A stretch of 33,862 bases of DNA from Eledone cirrhosa (lineage: Eukaryota): contig CAXHJY010000211.1 of the NCBI GenBank assembly GCA_964016885.1, positions 1 through 33,862 of the forward strand. The letters run 5' to 3'. This document shows, piece by piece, positions 11,836-26,140 of the stretch. Within the stretch, counting starts at the first letter, position 1, and each line of letters begins with the position of its first letter. A model generated the notes under the pieces. The model had not been told where the DNA came from and made no database searches. It saw only the letters and a program-made list of their open reading frames with translations. The position numbers and the translations under genes are program-made.

Positions 11836-14800
11836 CTACAGGCGCATGACAGAGTAGGCCCACTCACACGAGCCATTCTCGCCACATTCAGCCACCTTTC
11901 AGCAAATGTACTGGGTGGCAGTACTTCTCTCTCCACCCTCACCTTCCTTTCCAAAGTGAAACTTGAAAAAGTTAATGAGGGATTGGCCGAAGAGAAATGT
12001 TTCTGTCTTCAGTCCTTTCAACCTCTTCCACCATACAACCTCTATCGCTACTGCCACCAGATAGAGGAAAATTGCCTACCCTTCCTGGCCAAAGGAAGGC
12101 AGCGGCAGCGGGTAGATCTTCACTATGGACTCGGCCGATAGCCGGATCCGTTCTACACGCGACATCTGCTGTTCGACATAACACCACAAGTCAGTAATGA
12201 ACGGACACTCGATATGTGCGTGCAGAACGGTTTTGTCGCTCTGCGCGAATCTTGGGCAGGTCCGTGTGACAGCACTTCCGTGCCTATAGAGTGTATCTCG
12301 AACCGGCAGTGCCCCATGGTAGCACTGCCAAGCGAGGGATTTTTTGAAATTATCCATCGTCCCGGCTCGAAAGTCCTCCGGAACAGTCTGGTTAGTTCGA
12401 CTTCGTCGACTCCCAGAGCCTCTCCCAGTGCGTCGTCGCACTTACCCACCACTAATCCTCTATAGAACACGGTAGTGGAAGTTCCACTGACCGCATTGCC
12501 CGCCTGGCAGAGGGCAATGAGTGCCTGGCAACATTCTAGATGACAGTCACCCAGTCTCGGTCTCTTCTTGACCCAGGACTGCAGCTCAGTCAAAGAGACG
12601 AGCTGCGGAAAGGCCCGCCTGACAAACGGCGACCACACCTGTTAACCGTTTAGGCAAAATACCTGGAGATCACGCAGCCTCTGCGCGTGTCTGCGCATCG
12701 TTAGCCAGGGCATGCCCAGCCCTCCAGGTAGAGGGTACTGACCCCTCCAAAATCATTTGAAGAGGAGCCGCTCCAAGATGGCGAGGCGCCAATGGGGGCA
12801 ATGGACGACGGTCAGACTATAGTAGATGACGGATGCGATGTACGCGTTCGCCACCTCCGCCCGACCTTTTAGTGATAGCGCTGCCTCCCAGCCCATTCTG
12901 GGTGAGACTGGATAACCTGCGTCACCTCGTCCCAACTCTTATCCACCTAGAGGTATGGCCCGAACCAAACCCCGAGCAACTTTAACGCACCGTCCAGCGC
13001 CTAACGACGCTGTTGGATGGCATGGACTTGCCTCTCCAGGTGCCGAGTTGCAATCTCACCGTCTTTTCCGGGTTAAGTTTTACTCCCGTCAACGTTTCAT
13101 ATTCATCCAATAAGTTGCCGACCACCTCGATATCTGAGGTGTCCGACACCATCACGGTGATGTCATCCGCATAAGCCGACACAGCCTTTCCGCGTCCCGG
13201 TTCGAGCGGGATTCCCTACAACAGCTCCAGCTTCCGCAGAAAAGGCTCGAGTGTCAATACATACAGAAGGGAGGACAGAAGGCACTCTTGACGGACCGAT
13301 CGGGAGATCTAAAACAGTTAGGACAGGTGGTCATTAATTTTGACCACCGAACAGGTGCCGCTGTGAATTGCAGCGATCCCGCTTCTGAAGACGGGGCCGA
13401 AGCCAGCCGCCTTGAGGACAGCCTCCAGGTACCGATGGGCGACCATATTGAATGCTTTCGATTGATCTAAATTGATCAGAACCCCACCGAAGCCAGCTTT
13501 ACACCCTACCCTCACTAAGATGTATCGCATTAAGTAGAGGTTGTCGTGTATGTACCAGGTTGGGATTGCGCAAGTTTGCGCCTCCCCAACCAAATCCCCG
13601 ACGACAAGCGCCAACCTCTTCGCTAACACCCTGGTCAAAATCTTAATCTCTGTGTTGAGCAGAGTTATGGGCCTGAAATATTCTAATGCGTCCCTCTTGT
13701 TCTAGTCTTTCACAGAACACGGAATCTCCCGTTCTGCTGCCAGTTGTATTAGAGCGCTTCAAGGAGATTGGAGAACAAGTCTGGCATATTTACGTAAATC
13801 TCGTAGGGCAGACCATCCAAGCCGGGTGACTTGCGCCTCATGTAGCCGACAAGGGCATCCTGAATCTCGGCTGAAGTAATCAGCCTTTCGCAGCGCCCAG
13901 CATCGGCCGTCGAGAGTTGCGGCAAGCCATTTAGGTAGCGACTGAAGCCCGCCACCGCCTCTGGCACGCCACTTCCCCCGAACAACTTAGCAAGATGTTG
14001 GCGAAAGGCCTCACACACCCCCTTGGAATCGCTCAGCTCGTGTCCATCTCGGTCCGTCAAAGACCGAATCGTGGTTTTATTACCACACTGCGCCTCTGCC
14101 ACGCGGGCCCATCGAACAGCTTTGGTTCCCTCGTTTCTCAGAACACGCGCCTTAGCTCTGACAATGCAACCTTCGTGTTTCGCATTGAAGAAATGGTATA
14201 ATGTCATTCTTGCCGCTAGCACGTTAGTTGCAATGCCACTACCAATAGCCTCGTCTAACTTATCTACCAACTCCCCCTCCTTTCTATTTTTCTCTAACGC
14301 TACTTCTTTGCTAAACTCTATCGACATTACTCTAATCCCTATTGTGAGAGCCCCCCACCATCTATAGTTGACGCCTCCTCCTGTCAACTTTTCTTTAATT
14401 AAATTGTTGACCTGATACCTGTAAGCCTTACGTGCCGAAAATGACAAGTTCAGCTTCCAGTAACCAGGTCCTAACTTACGGGTCTTATCTAAGTCGACCC
14501 TACAGATCACAAACTTGTTTTAAAACGTGGACAGCTTACACTATTTCTGTCTATTTTCCTAATGAATATCCTGTCTATATAGGATCTAGATGACCCTATG
14601 CGGTTAGTCCAGATCCACACTGGCGCATTAGGGAAATCTTGTCGGTACCTGTCAGACAGTTGGAACTGGCTGATCAGGTTCTTGAGGCTTTGCACCCCTG
14701 GCTCCTATCAGATACTCCCACACAGTCCCAGAGTGCGTCTAAGATGCCGTTCCAGTCCCCCGCTAGCAGTAAAGGGAGAGACGTACGCAGAAAGGGTTCC

Positions 14801-15176
14801 ACGCGTCTAAAGATGTACGGCCGTCCTGCCCCTGTGGGATCATAGACGGCCACCAGTCTAGAGGCACCACATTCGTTATTGTTCACGTCCATGACCACCA
14901 ACTTCCCGTCCGGGTCCCGGAAGATCGACCTTACCTTGAGATCCAGGCCTTTCCTAAAAAGCACTGCCACACCACCTCCATTCCCGGCCGGCTAACAGAT
15001 GCAAATATCTGATAGTCGTCGAAAATGCGGGTTAGTGCGCGTGTGTCGGAAATCCTGTTCTCGCTTACGGCAATTACATCCATTTCTGGAGACCTGAGGT
15101 CGTTGATCAGGTGACCCTGCTTCCAGGACGGCTACAGGCCTCAAACATTTAAACTTCCTACTCTTAATACGGCCAT
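11836..15176 (-). pseudogene. LINE ORF2 (APE + RT + C-terminal zinc finger) pseudogene
   Basis: LAGDWN, SRSYIDRIF, GPGYWKLN, KSPGLDGLPYE, NFRPITLLNTE, LINLDQSKAF, SAYADD, TCPRF...LHAHIECP. Multiple frameshifts. Confidence 0.93.
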
Positions 15177-15211
15177 GTTGGCAGTTTAAAAGAGAGAGAG
15201 GAAAGTTTTAC

Positions 15212-17194
15212 TTACCTTCCGGGCTCTTGTGAAGGTCGGGTGGTTCGACCTCCAAGGTTGGTGGGATTTCTTTTAGGAAGCCATTTAAGTCTTGAAGTTG
15301 TCTTTACGTTCGGGGTTCCCACGTCCCGAGGGTAGCTGTCTCGTATCTCTTTGTATAAATCGAGCGACATTAGCACCAGCAAGAAATCTTCCGGCACGCG
15401 AAATGTGCTCGATTTAAAAATTTCCCCCTCTTTTTTTATATTTTCACTTCGTGCTACGAGAGCTATCAGTTCCTTGTTGGCCCTCATGACGAGCACGAAG
15501 TTTTGTATGTTTTGTTGGTGTGATTTTATTTGTTTGCGTGGCTGTGGTGGTAATGGTTTTTGGTGGTGTTGTTTCGGTTGTGTCTGTATTTGTTGTGAGT
15601 GCGGTGTCTGTGGTTTCAGATGTTTGTGTGTGTATTTGTTCTTGCGTCTGATTAGGTTGTTTGCCATTGGGGAATGCTGGTGTTGGTGATCGATTTGTTG
15701 ATGTTGGTGTTATTGGAGAGATGTTTGCGTGGGTGGTGTCTGCATTTTCTATTGTGGTTGATTTTGTGCTTTGTTGAGTTTTGTTTCTTGTTTTTGTGTT
15801 TCCTATTTTGTATTTTGGGGGATTTTGGTTTTCCCTCATCTTCACTACTGGTAGAAGAGGGGTCTGTGTCTGTGAGTGTGTTTGTGTGTGTGTTTATGTT
15901 TTTATTGGTGTGTTTATTTTTGGGGGGAGGGGCAATTTGACAACTTTCCTCGTTTCCCCCCTGGGTGGTCAAAGTCGATGGTGGTCTTTCTCTTGGTGTT
16001 GCTGTCGGTGCATTTGTCGGTGCTGGTGTTGGTTGTGGTTCTCGCCCCGGCGTCGGCAGCAGTGGAGCCCTTCGACCCCTTGCATCTTTCAGCAGTTGAT
16101 GGCAGAAGGCTCGCAAATGTTTTTTTTCCCCACAAAGAAAACAATGCCGCCTTTTGCTCTCGATCATAATATGAATGACCGTCCATGCCTGAAGGCGGAT
16201 GTGGTCCGGGATTGTCTTCACATTCTCGGGCCTGATCTGGAGAAGGATCTCCAGGTCAACCCCGGACCAGTCCTCTCTGACCGTTCTGGTCACTTCTATC
16301 GGGACGGTATCCGTCCCCTCCACAATCACACATCCCAGAAGCCACCACATGTCAAGTCCTGGTGGGATTCTGGGAATTTGGAGACGGGCCATTCTTTTTC
16401 CCATGTGGGATGGGTACATTATGACCTTGCTGGTTTTGCAAGGAGTCATAGTGTGTTTCATAGCGAGGGCTTCTGGGTTGTACACCTCCGAAATGGTGCC
16501 GTACTGTCTTCCCGTCGCTATGTATTCGTTGTCCTCTCTGATGCAGTTCAGCGCAACGTCGACATCTGCTTGTGGAATTAAAGCTGCCCTTTTGGTTTGT
16601 GCTGAGATGCATCTATAATGCACCATTCTGCGCCCCACTGCCTCAATAGCTTCTACCGAGACAATTAAGTTGGCCCAGCTTTTCTCTTGCTTAATGAGCT
16701 TTCAGGCTTGGGCCAACGCTTCATCTTTGTTTCAGAGGTCCATGTTGAAGCATGGCCTCTTTTTTTGCTGCGCCGCAGCAAAAGTGTTTTTCTTGTTGTC
16801 GTTTGGGGTGTTGTTGTTGTCGTTGTTCTTGTTGGTTTTGTTGTTATCACTGTCGCTGTTATCATTGTTGTCTTTCATTGTTGCCGCTGTTTTTCTCGGT
16901 TCAGTTGGTATTGTTGCTGTTGGTGTTGTCGCTATTTGTTTTCAAGTTAGTAGAGTTGATAATGTTGTTGCATTTGTCATTTTTTTTGTTATCTGTATTT
17001 TCGTTGTCCCTATTATTGTCATTTTTTTCAAAATTACAGTTCTCAGTGTTGTTATCATTGCTGTCCTTGTTCACATTGTTTGTGGTGGTGTTTGTTGTAT
17101 CAATTTCTGTTAATTTCGCCGTACCGCTCCTCTCAACTTTTACGTCGTTGTCGCACGCCAGCAGACATATCGCTGGGAAGCGTGGCACAACCAT
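15212..17194 (-). pseudogene. LINE ORF1 (gag-like with CCHC zinc knuckle) pseudogene
   Basis: Frameshifted pieces 16901-17194, 15652-16638 and 15212-15667; CX2CX4HX4C near 16100-16150. Confidence 0.85.
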
Positions 17195-17364
17195 GTTTTT
17201 TTTTTTATAATTTTGTTAAAATGTAAACGAGTTCAAATATTTAGGCCAAAAGGCCCAAATATTATTCTTTCCCCTTCACAGGGCAAAGTCCAACACAACA
17301 ACAAAAAATTCAATAAGTGTTGACAGGTAAATAAATATACTTACGGGAGCGAGCAAAAAGACTC

Positions 17365-17402
<38 letters not shown>

Positions 17403-17403
<1 letters not shown>

Positions 17404-17534
17404 TGTTTCTACTTTAGGCACAAAGCCAGCAATTACCCAGTACATTAATGGTACATTATTTTATCGACCCCGTAAGGATGAAAGGCAATGTTAACCGCGG
17501 CGGGAATTGAACTCAGACTGTAAAGGGACGTAGC
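17403..17534 (-). mobile_element. tRNA-derived SINE, 5' part missing
   Basis: Matches 472-602, including the B box (GGGAATTGAAC on the + strand) and the central block. Confidence 0.85.
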
Positions 17535-17711
17535 TTTCTTTATTAACCACAAGGGTTTACACAAAGTAGACATTAATACAGTACAGGACAATAAAGGACG
17601 GTACAAATGGGCATTTCTGCGTGTAAAAAAGCAAAAAAACAGAGGATGTAACAAAAAAAGAATCAATGAAAAATTCCCCAATAGGGGCGAGACTTCCGAG
17701 GGACATTCGTG
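17535..17711 (-). mobile_element. 3'UTR-only fragment of the Tx1-like family
   Basis: Similar to 700-880 and 11590-11760 (AAAATTCCCCAA motif, AATAAA on the minus strand at 17539-17544). Confidence 0.7.
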
Positions 17712-18257
17712 TATTCCATATGCTTTCTGTGGTAGGGAAGCTGGGTTGTAATTAATGAATGTCATTTTCTAAAGACGGATGAATTCCACTCGCCACTTAA
17801 CAAAGTCCACCATCACCACCACATCTACCACCCGCAAATTTGACACTATCTGATCAAGGGACATTAGAATATCGTATGTTAACGATATAACACCAAATTA
17901 GCAGGAAATCCCAGAATCGAATCTGTCCCTAATTTGCAATTTTCTATTTTCAATTTCTTTGTACCGATTCTCTGTTTGGGTTCAACGTAATACTTATATA
18001 CAATTCTGCAAACAATATTATAATCGGATGATAGGACTCGGCCATCGAAATATGTATATCGCATTCGCGGAATTAAAATTCGAAAGTAAATTTTCCAGTC
18101 CGGCCTTATGTTGTTTCAATGTATGTATATATATAGAGAGAGATTAATCTATCTATCTCTCTCTCACGCTCGCTGTCCCTCTCTCTCGTTCTCTCCCTCC
18201 CTCCCTATCTTACTCCCCCTCTCTCACTCTATCTCTCTCTCTAAATATATATTTATT

Positions 18258-18399
<142 letters not shown>

Positions 18400-20184
18400 C
18401 GTGTGTGTATGTGATTTTGGGGGTAAGCACGGTACAAATGCCACCGCTGTGTCAAGTAGGAAATAGTGAATATATATTATATATTGATGTAAAGTGCAGT
18501 CTGCAATTGGGATTGACAAATTTCCATTGTTATTTTGATTGTGTGGTTTTCAGTGACCAAGCAATGGTCTCGTACATCTATAACTAAACATACCATTATT
18601 GTATAGAAAATACGTCTTTTCACTATTCTATAGGTTTGATATTAATTTATTTTGGCTCAATGAAATCTCATTGTGTATTGATTTAGGTATTAATGTTATT
18701 TTTGTAACGTTTATTTCACCTTTTCTCATACTTTATATATGAATACATACATACACACATGCATACATACATGCATTTACACATAGATACATACGTAGGT
18801 GCATATATAGATAAACATATTAACCTTCACCATATATATATATACATGTATTTACGCTGTGTTGTGAGTAAATGTTTGATTGCATTATTACGAGGGACAT
18901 GGAGTCAGTTGGTTTTTAGTCGTTTTCTATTTAAGTTCCTTTTACTTCTGTTCTATTTACGATTATACACGCTGAAATAATGCTGATATGTTATACCTTT
19001 CTTCTATTTTTATATTAAACATCTATGCTTTTCGATGGAAGATGTGCGTCTGTGTGGCAATTTTATTCTATCAATAAAACTTCTATGTGGTTATCTACTA
19101 CATATCCAGGTTATATATTTAGTTTTCCGAACAAAGTGCTTAAATAATGTTTTATTAGGACCGTGACATATACCGCGTTAGCGCATATTCATTGATGCCC
19201 GTCATTTTAGCCAATAAAATAATTCCATTGTTTGCTATCATATTGGAAAAATTGTATAAATTCGTACTAAAGATATGTGAACTAAGTTCCATTAATCTAG
19301 ATGTTCGGTGGTAGGCGTAATCTATCTTCCAGTGCTAAAGTGACTGCCTGTCACACCAGTTGCGTTAGATTTCATCATCCCTCACGCTTAACCTTGATAG
19401 TGTCATAGACATGAACGGAATATATTCTCCATCAAGTTTCCATTAAAACTTCAGTTTAACTACAATATTATAAGAATTAATGTACTGTCACTTTAGTTGC
19501 ATGAAATTTCTGTTTTATGATTAGTCTGCATTTAGTTAACCAAATGATGTTTCCTTTGTTAAAGAAGGAATTGTTTTAATAGATAACAATGAATTATTCT
19601 TTGCAGCAGTGTCTCGTAAACTGACACGCAAATAATCATAAGAAGGGAAATTCCCTGCAGGTGGAATTGAACTTCAAACAATGTATCACTGATCGATAAC
19701 TCGGTTAGCAATAAAGCATAATGCAACTCTTAACGAATTGCCTTAAAATAAGGAACCAATTAAATAATATATTTTAAAGTTTATTCTTAAATATTCCTGA
19801 AGGAATAGCTGTTGATCATATTTATGATAGACCAGGTGTCATCCATGGCTAGTCAATGGTAACTCCATGCAGTTTAGAAGAAAAGGGATCTATATTGATG
19901 GACATGTATTTCTGAATTTGTCTACAATTTTATGTAGTAGAATAACAATATTCTCACTAGTCTTTCATTTTCGTATAATTATACACTTTTTGTAAGTCTT
20001 TAATGTCAAATGTCAATGAATCTGTATCTGTAGGGTCAATGTAAACCAGTTATTTAATTTGTTAATACAAAAGAAGCATGAGGAATGGGGGTGGGGTAAA
20101 CGTTATTTACTGCAATTAAGAGCACGTGGTTACATATTTTGAACGTTGACACCTGGAATTTATGATATTCATTCTTTTTCACAG

Positions 20185-20232
20185 GAACATCGCCGCGTTA
20201 CCGACAAGCACATATATTATATTCTAGATGAA
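20185..20232 (+). CDS. Possible 48-nt internal host exon (EHRRVTDKHIYYILDE)
   Basis: Acceptor TTCTTTTTCACAG, donor GTGAGC, length a multiple of 3, only the phase-0 frame open, in non-repetitive sequence. Protein not recognised. Confidence 0.4.
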
Positions 20233-20506
20233 GTGAGCATGGTTTACTTTGCTTTTTAGGCAGGTACTTCTTCCAGGAAAAGTACAATTAGATAAATGTA
20301 TCAAATATTTACTGAATACTCCCAATCTGTGTCTGTAGTTGGCTAAATATAAAGTGAGACCTATTTTTCGCCATGCCCACCAATCTTAAGCTGATAATGA
20401 ATAATGTCAATAGCCAAACAATATGATTTCTAGATATATGAACGTATTCTAAACTTTTGAAATTTCAATTTAAAAACCAATTCTTATTTATGTATATATA
20501 TTATTT

Positions 20507-20630
<124 letters not shown>

Positions 20631-21368
20631 AATGTATATATTTTATCAATTGATTCTATGGAGATACTTTATTGTATATTGCTCTGATTGGTGATTATTT
20701 AATTAATTGATTTGTCATTGAGCCACATCGTGAATGGTTGCCCAAAACATATATATATATCTATATCTATGACTTTGTCTAGTTTATGTATATGTAAATC
20801 TTTATATTTGATAATCTCCCATAAGGTTTGATGCAATTTAGGCAATATTAGGCTGCGCTCTCTAGCAATCAGCCCACTCGCCGTAAGGCACCAATCATAT
20901 TCTTTCTGACTTGACAACTGCCACGTCACAGTTCTTAGCCATTTTGAATTCTTTTCTGGCGGGATTATTTAAGAAAAATCTTCGTCCAAGTGAGTTTTTT
21001 CCTGATGATTTCGAAGCTCGTGAATTTATCCTTGAGCGGATATTTCCAAAAGCGAATGAAATCCAATAGGGTAGAAACGTAATTTGGGTATGTTTATATA
21101 CATTGTTTCTTCTAACTTTATACCTAATTGTGTATGGTTGACGATATATTTAATCGATTTCGACGTCCTATTAGAAATGGTGGGTAAATATTCTATAGCT
21201 GTTGATCGCGAATAGATAGCTGTCGTTTATTTACCTATTATTTCTTCATAGGTGTCTTTTAATCATATAGCCTTGTTTAATTGTTGTTTTTTTTTGTGTG
21301 GTTGACTATGCTGATTGGGAGAGGAAATAATGCATAGATTTTATCAAATGATTCTATGGACATACTTT

Positions 21369-21415
<47 letters not shown>

Positions 21416-21418
21416 ATT

Positions 21419-21455
<37 letters not shown>

Positions 21456-21467
21456 ATGTGTGTGTGA

Positions 21468-21512
<45 letters not shown>

Positions 21513-21516
<4 letters not shown>

Positions 21517-21738
21517 AACGAGTAGGACCCCGACGGCTGAGCTTAAGCCGTTTCGTCGACTAATTCTGGATTTAAAAAAAAAAAAAATGTAATTTTTTTA
21601 AAATCCAGAATTAGCCGTCGAAACAGCTTGAGCTCAGCCGTCGGGGTCCTACTCGTTCCTAATACCCACTCTACTACCCTAAGTATTGAGTACTTTAGTG
21701 CGTTATGGTCCACCTGGTTCCTTACCACATTTCCTTCG

Positions 21739-21740
<2 letters not shown>
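21513..21740 (+). mobile_element. Short Penelope-like terminal fragment with a fold-back 5' inversion
   Basis: Hairpin 21513-21661. Each arm carries a hammerhead 3' half (GAAAC-RGCT..AGCC-GTC). 21650-21735 matches the reverse complement of 27282-27374; (TA)n on both sides. Confidence 0.65.
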
Positions 21741-21787
<47 letters not shown>

Positions 21788-21793
21788 TATGTT

Positions 21794-21824
<31 letters not shown>

Positions 21825-21999
21825 GCATATGTATATATATACATAAATAAGAATTGGTTTTTAAATTGAAATTTCAAAAGTTTAGAATACCTTCGTATTT
21901 AGTTTATATAAAAGATGATCAGGTAATACACAGATACATAAACACACGTACACACATATACACACACACACATATATATATATAGTTTTAATATAGATG

Positions 22000-22050
22000 A
22001 GATTCTACAGGACTAGAACTGTTTCATTCTTTAGAAATCATCAGGAATCT
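22000..22050 (-). ncRNA. Minimal type I hammerhead ribozyme
   Basis: AGATTC-CTGATGA-T TTC TAAA GAA T-GAAACAG TTCTAGTC CTGTA-GAATCT: 6-bp stem I, intact core, stem III ACAG/CTGT, GUA triplet. Confidence 0.8.
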
Positions 22051-22287
22051 GGGTATCAAAAAATAAAAATGGTATTTATAGGTCTCTACAGGTGGTAGGA
22101 GAGGGTGGGGAGTGGGATGGGTGTAGGTCATTGGTTGATAGAAAAGGGAATTCATTAAAAGCTAATTCTACAAAGCTATAGTTTATTTTTATTTATTTAT
22201 GTTTTTAGAGTAACAAAGGCAGACAGAATTCTATAAACAGGTTCCGGATGGCATACCATTCCTTGTCATTAAGTTTCTCTTAAGCTA

Positions 22288-22484
22288 GGTGGATGGAAGG
22301 GCGGTGGATTGGCAGTATCGGTAAGGGTCGGTGCCATGCTTTGAAGCAAAGAGTTACCTCCCTTTATGATCTGAGTTCAAATCCCGCCGAGGTTAACTTT
22401 GCCTTTCATCCTTACGGGGTCGATAAAATAAATTACCAGTAATGCACTGGGATAATAGCTGGCCTTGTGCCAAAAGTAGAAACA
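22288..22484 (+). mobile_element. Full-length tRNA-derived SINE with a 20-bp TSD
   Basis: A box TGGCAGTATCGG, B box GTTCAAATCCC; ATTAAGTTTCTCTTAAGCTA at 22268-22287 and 22485-22504. Confidence 0.92.
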
Positions 22485-22729
22485 ATTAAGTTTCTCTTAA
22501 GCTAACAGATGTCTATAAAATCAGTGGGGGGTCGGTCATGGTACATAGAATGAAAGAAAATGGGAATTCTTTAAAAGCTAAAATCGTTAAGGTTCTACAA
22601 AGTGACAAAGGTTTAGAGAATTCTGTAGACAGATTCAAGATACTGAGTGCATATCTTACAATCATCTTCGAACTTCTCTTAAACTAATCAACTATATGCC
22701 AAAAATCAGACACATTCACAAAAAAACAA

Positions 22730-24204
<1,475 letters not shown>

Positions 24205-24367
24205 TACGTAATAAATTCCTTTATAAAAGCACTTTCATTTTATATTCATCTTTACTACATTTTCTCCGGAATATAATTTATACTCGTTGACCAAACCTAC
24301 ACGTACGTTGTTCATCTCTAACGTGACGATATATTATCACTACATAATTGATAACCTGAAATTTGTT

Positions 24368-24449
<82 letters not shown>

Positions 24450-24558
24450 CAGTTCTAGTCCTGTAGAAACTCATCTATATTAAAACTGTTATACTCTGCT
24501 ATGTATTGAGTACCTTACTCACTATGGTTAGCTCCGATTCAACCCGGAATAACTTACC

Positions 24559-24590
<32 letters not shown>

Positions 24591-24679
24591 TATACAATGG
24601 GCGGAGCAACCCATAATAGTTAACGGCCATCCTTGAGTGTGTAAATATATATATACACATGTACATATGTATGTATATG

Positions 24680-25030
24680 CACGGGGTCATAGAAATAGTC
24701 GGGCTAGACACTCGATAGCGCGTAAAAAAACCACTCGGAGTGAAGGACCCCTAGCTTTTGTCAGGACATTCTTCTAGGAGAAGGCAACTCGGGAAACTGG
24801 TATAACTGTGACATAAAACCTGCGGCTCTGTAGTTACTGATGATGTTGATGGATTCTTATTTTCGATTTATAGCTACTGTCACTCAGAGAGTGGGTTTGG
24901 CTCAGTGCACAGTCTTTCCTCACTTTAAAAATATCTACACGCACAGGCATTGGACGATAGAATTAATTAATCATTATTAATAATGGTATATCGTGCAATG
25001 GCCATACTCGATAACGAGGGGACAACCATC
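24680..25030 (+). mobile_element. Possible 5'UTR remnant of an RTE-like LINE
   Basis: GC-richer island between microsatellites. CTAGGAGAAGGCAACTC...ATAAAACC resembles RTE 5' regions from memory only; no coding support. Confidence 0.25.
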
Positions 25031-25355
25031 TTATATATATATATACATACACACACCTATATATATATACTGTGTATATGGTATGTATCTGTGTGTGTGT
25101 GTGTCTGTGTATCTGTGTATTTCCTAGTCATATTTGATATAAACTAAAGACGTATTAACCTTGCATCTGTTGTGGGAATCAACTGATATCGTGATTTGCA
25201 ACCAGTGACATATTCAAAGATCCAATAAATATTTTCTATATTTGTCTCTTTTACTTCTTTACATCAGCTTCATCAATTTTTTCAGCACATTTCCTGTTTA
25301 TTAATTATTTTTTCATCTCAATAATAGCAATTATATGTAGTCGACGTTGTTGTAG

Positions 25356-25358
25356 TTA

Positions 25359-25418
<60 letters not shown>

Positions 25419-25423
25419 GCTGC

Positions 25424-25502
<79 letters not shown>

Positions 25503-25540
25503 GCTGTTGTTGTTGATGTTGTTGTTATTGCGTTTGTTGT
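25356..25540. repeat. (ATT)n(GTT)n compound microsatellite
   Basis: Read directly. Confidence 0.95.
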
Positions 25541-26013
25541 TCTATAATTTCTTTTTTGAAATTAATTTTGAAGAATTCACTTAGCTTAAAGTAGGTTTGT
25601 TTGATCAATAACCCAATAGAAGATTCATTTAAACATTGAAACGAGTCATTCTTACTGGTTTCCAATCAACACGTTGCTGACATTGAGATCTTCAGGTTCT
25701 TGAGGCGAAACGCTCATGTGAGAATTGAATCCGTAGCCATTTGCTGACAGGCGTTCACTAAATTTTCAAAGTGAATGATTAAAGCTTCTGGGAGCTGTTT
25801 ATTTTTATGGTGGGGTTATATGGTTTAATGAACAAATTCTACATTTCGGAATATATAAAGAAAAGAAACAAAATATACCTTTCAGGAATGAAACTTTAAT
25901 TTAAAAAAAAGAAATTAATGCAGAAATTGAATATATATTTTTAATTATTTTTAAATTACTTTGATTCAATTCAAACATTCTGTTTAAAACCATATTCAAA
26001 ATAAAATTTTTTC

Positions 26014-26140
26014 AAAAGGCATTAATTATTTAAGGAGCATGATATTCTATGCGTTTAAATAATTGTAAGTCATCTTTGGTTTTGCATTTATATTAAAAAT
26101 TCCCATTTGCTATACAAAATCCATTTTCAAGGTCATATAT
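26014..26140 (+). repeat. Local duplicate equal to the empty insertion site of the DNA transposon
   Basis: Matches 27404-27424 joined to 31111-31215. Confidence 0.9.

Larger units (their letters stand above)
11584..17364 (-). mobile_element. Near full-length Tx1/L1-clade non-LTR retrotransposon, decayed
   Basis: 5'UTR, ORF1 with HCFLCGEKKHLRAFC knuckle, ORF2 APE-RT-zinc finger, 3'UTR with AATAAA (11591-11596). (AAT)n at 11569-11583 and 17365-17403. Confidence 0.95.

Noticed and set aside
19300-19740. tRNA-like and B-box-like snippets (also near 25720)
   Set aside because: No cloverleaf; at most very old SINE relics whose boundaries I cannot define.
21001-21040. CTGATGA motif
   Set aside because: No properly placed GAAA or supporting helices.
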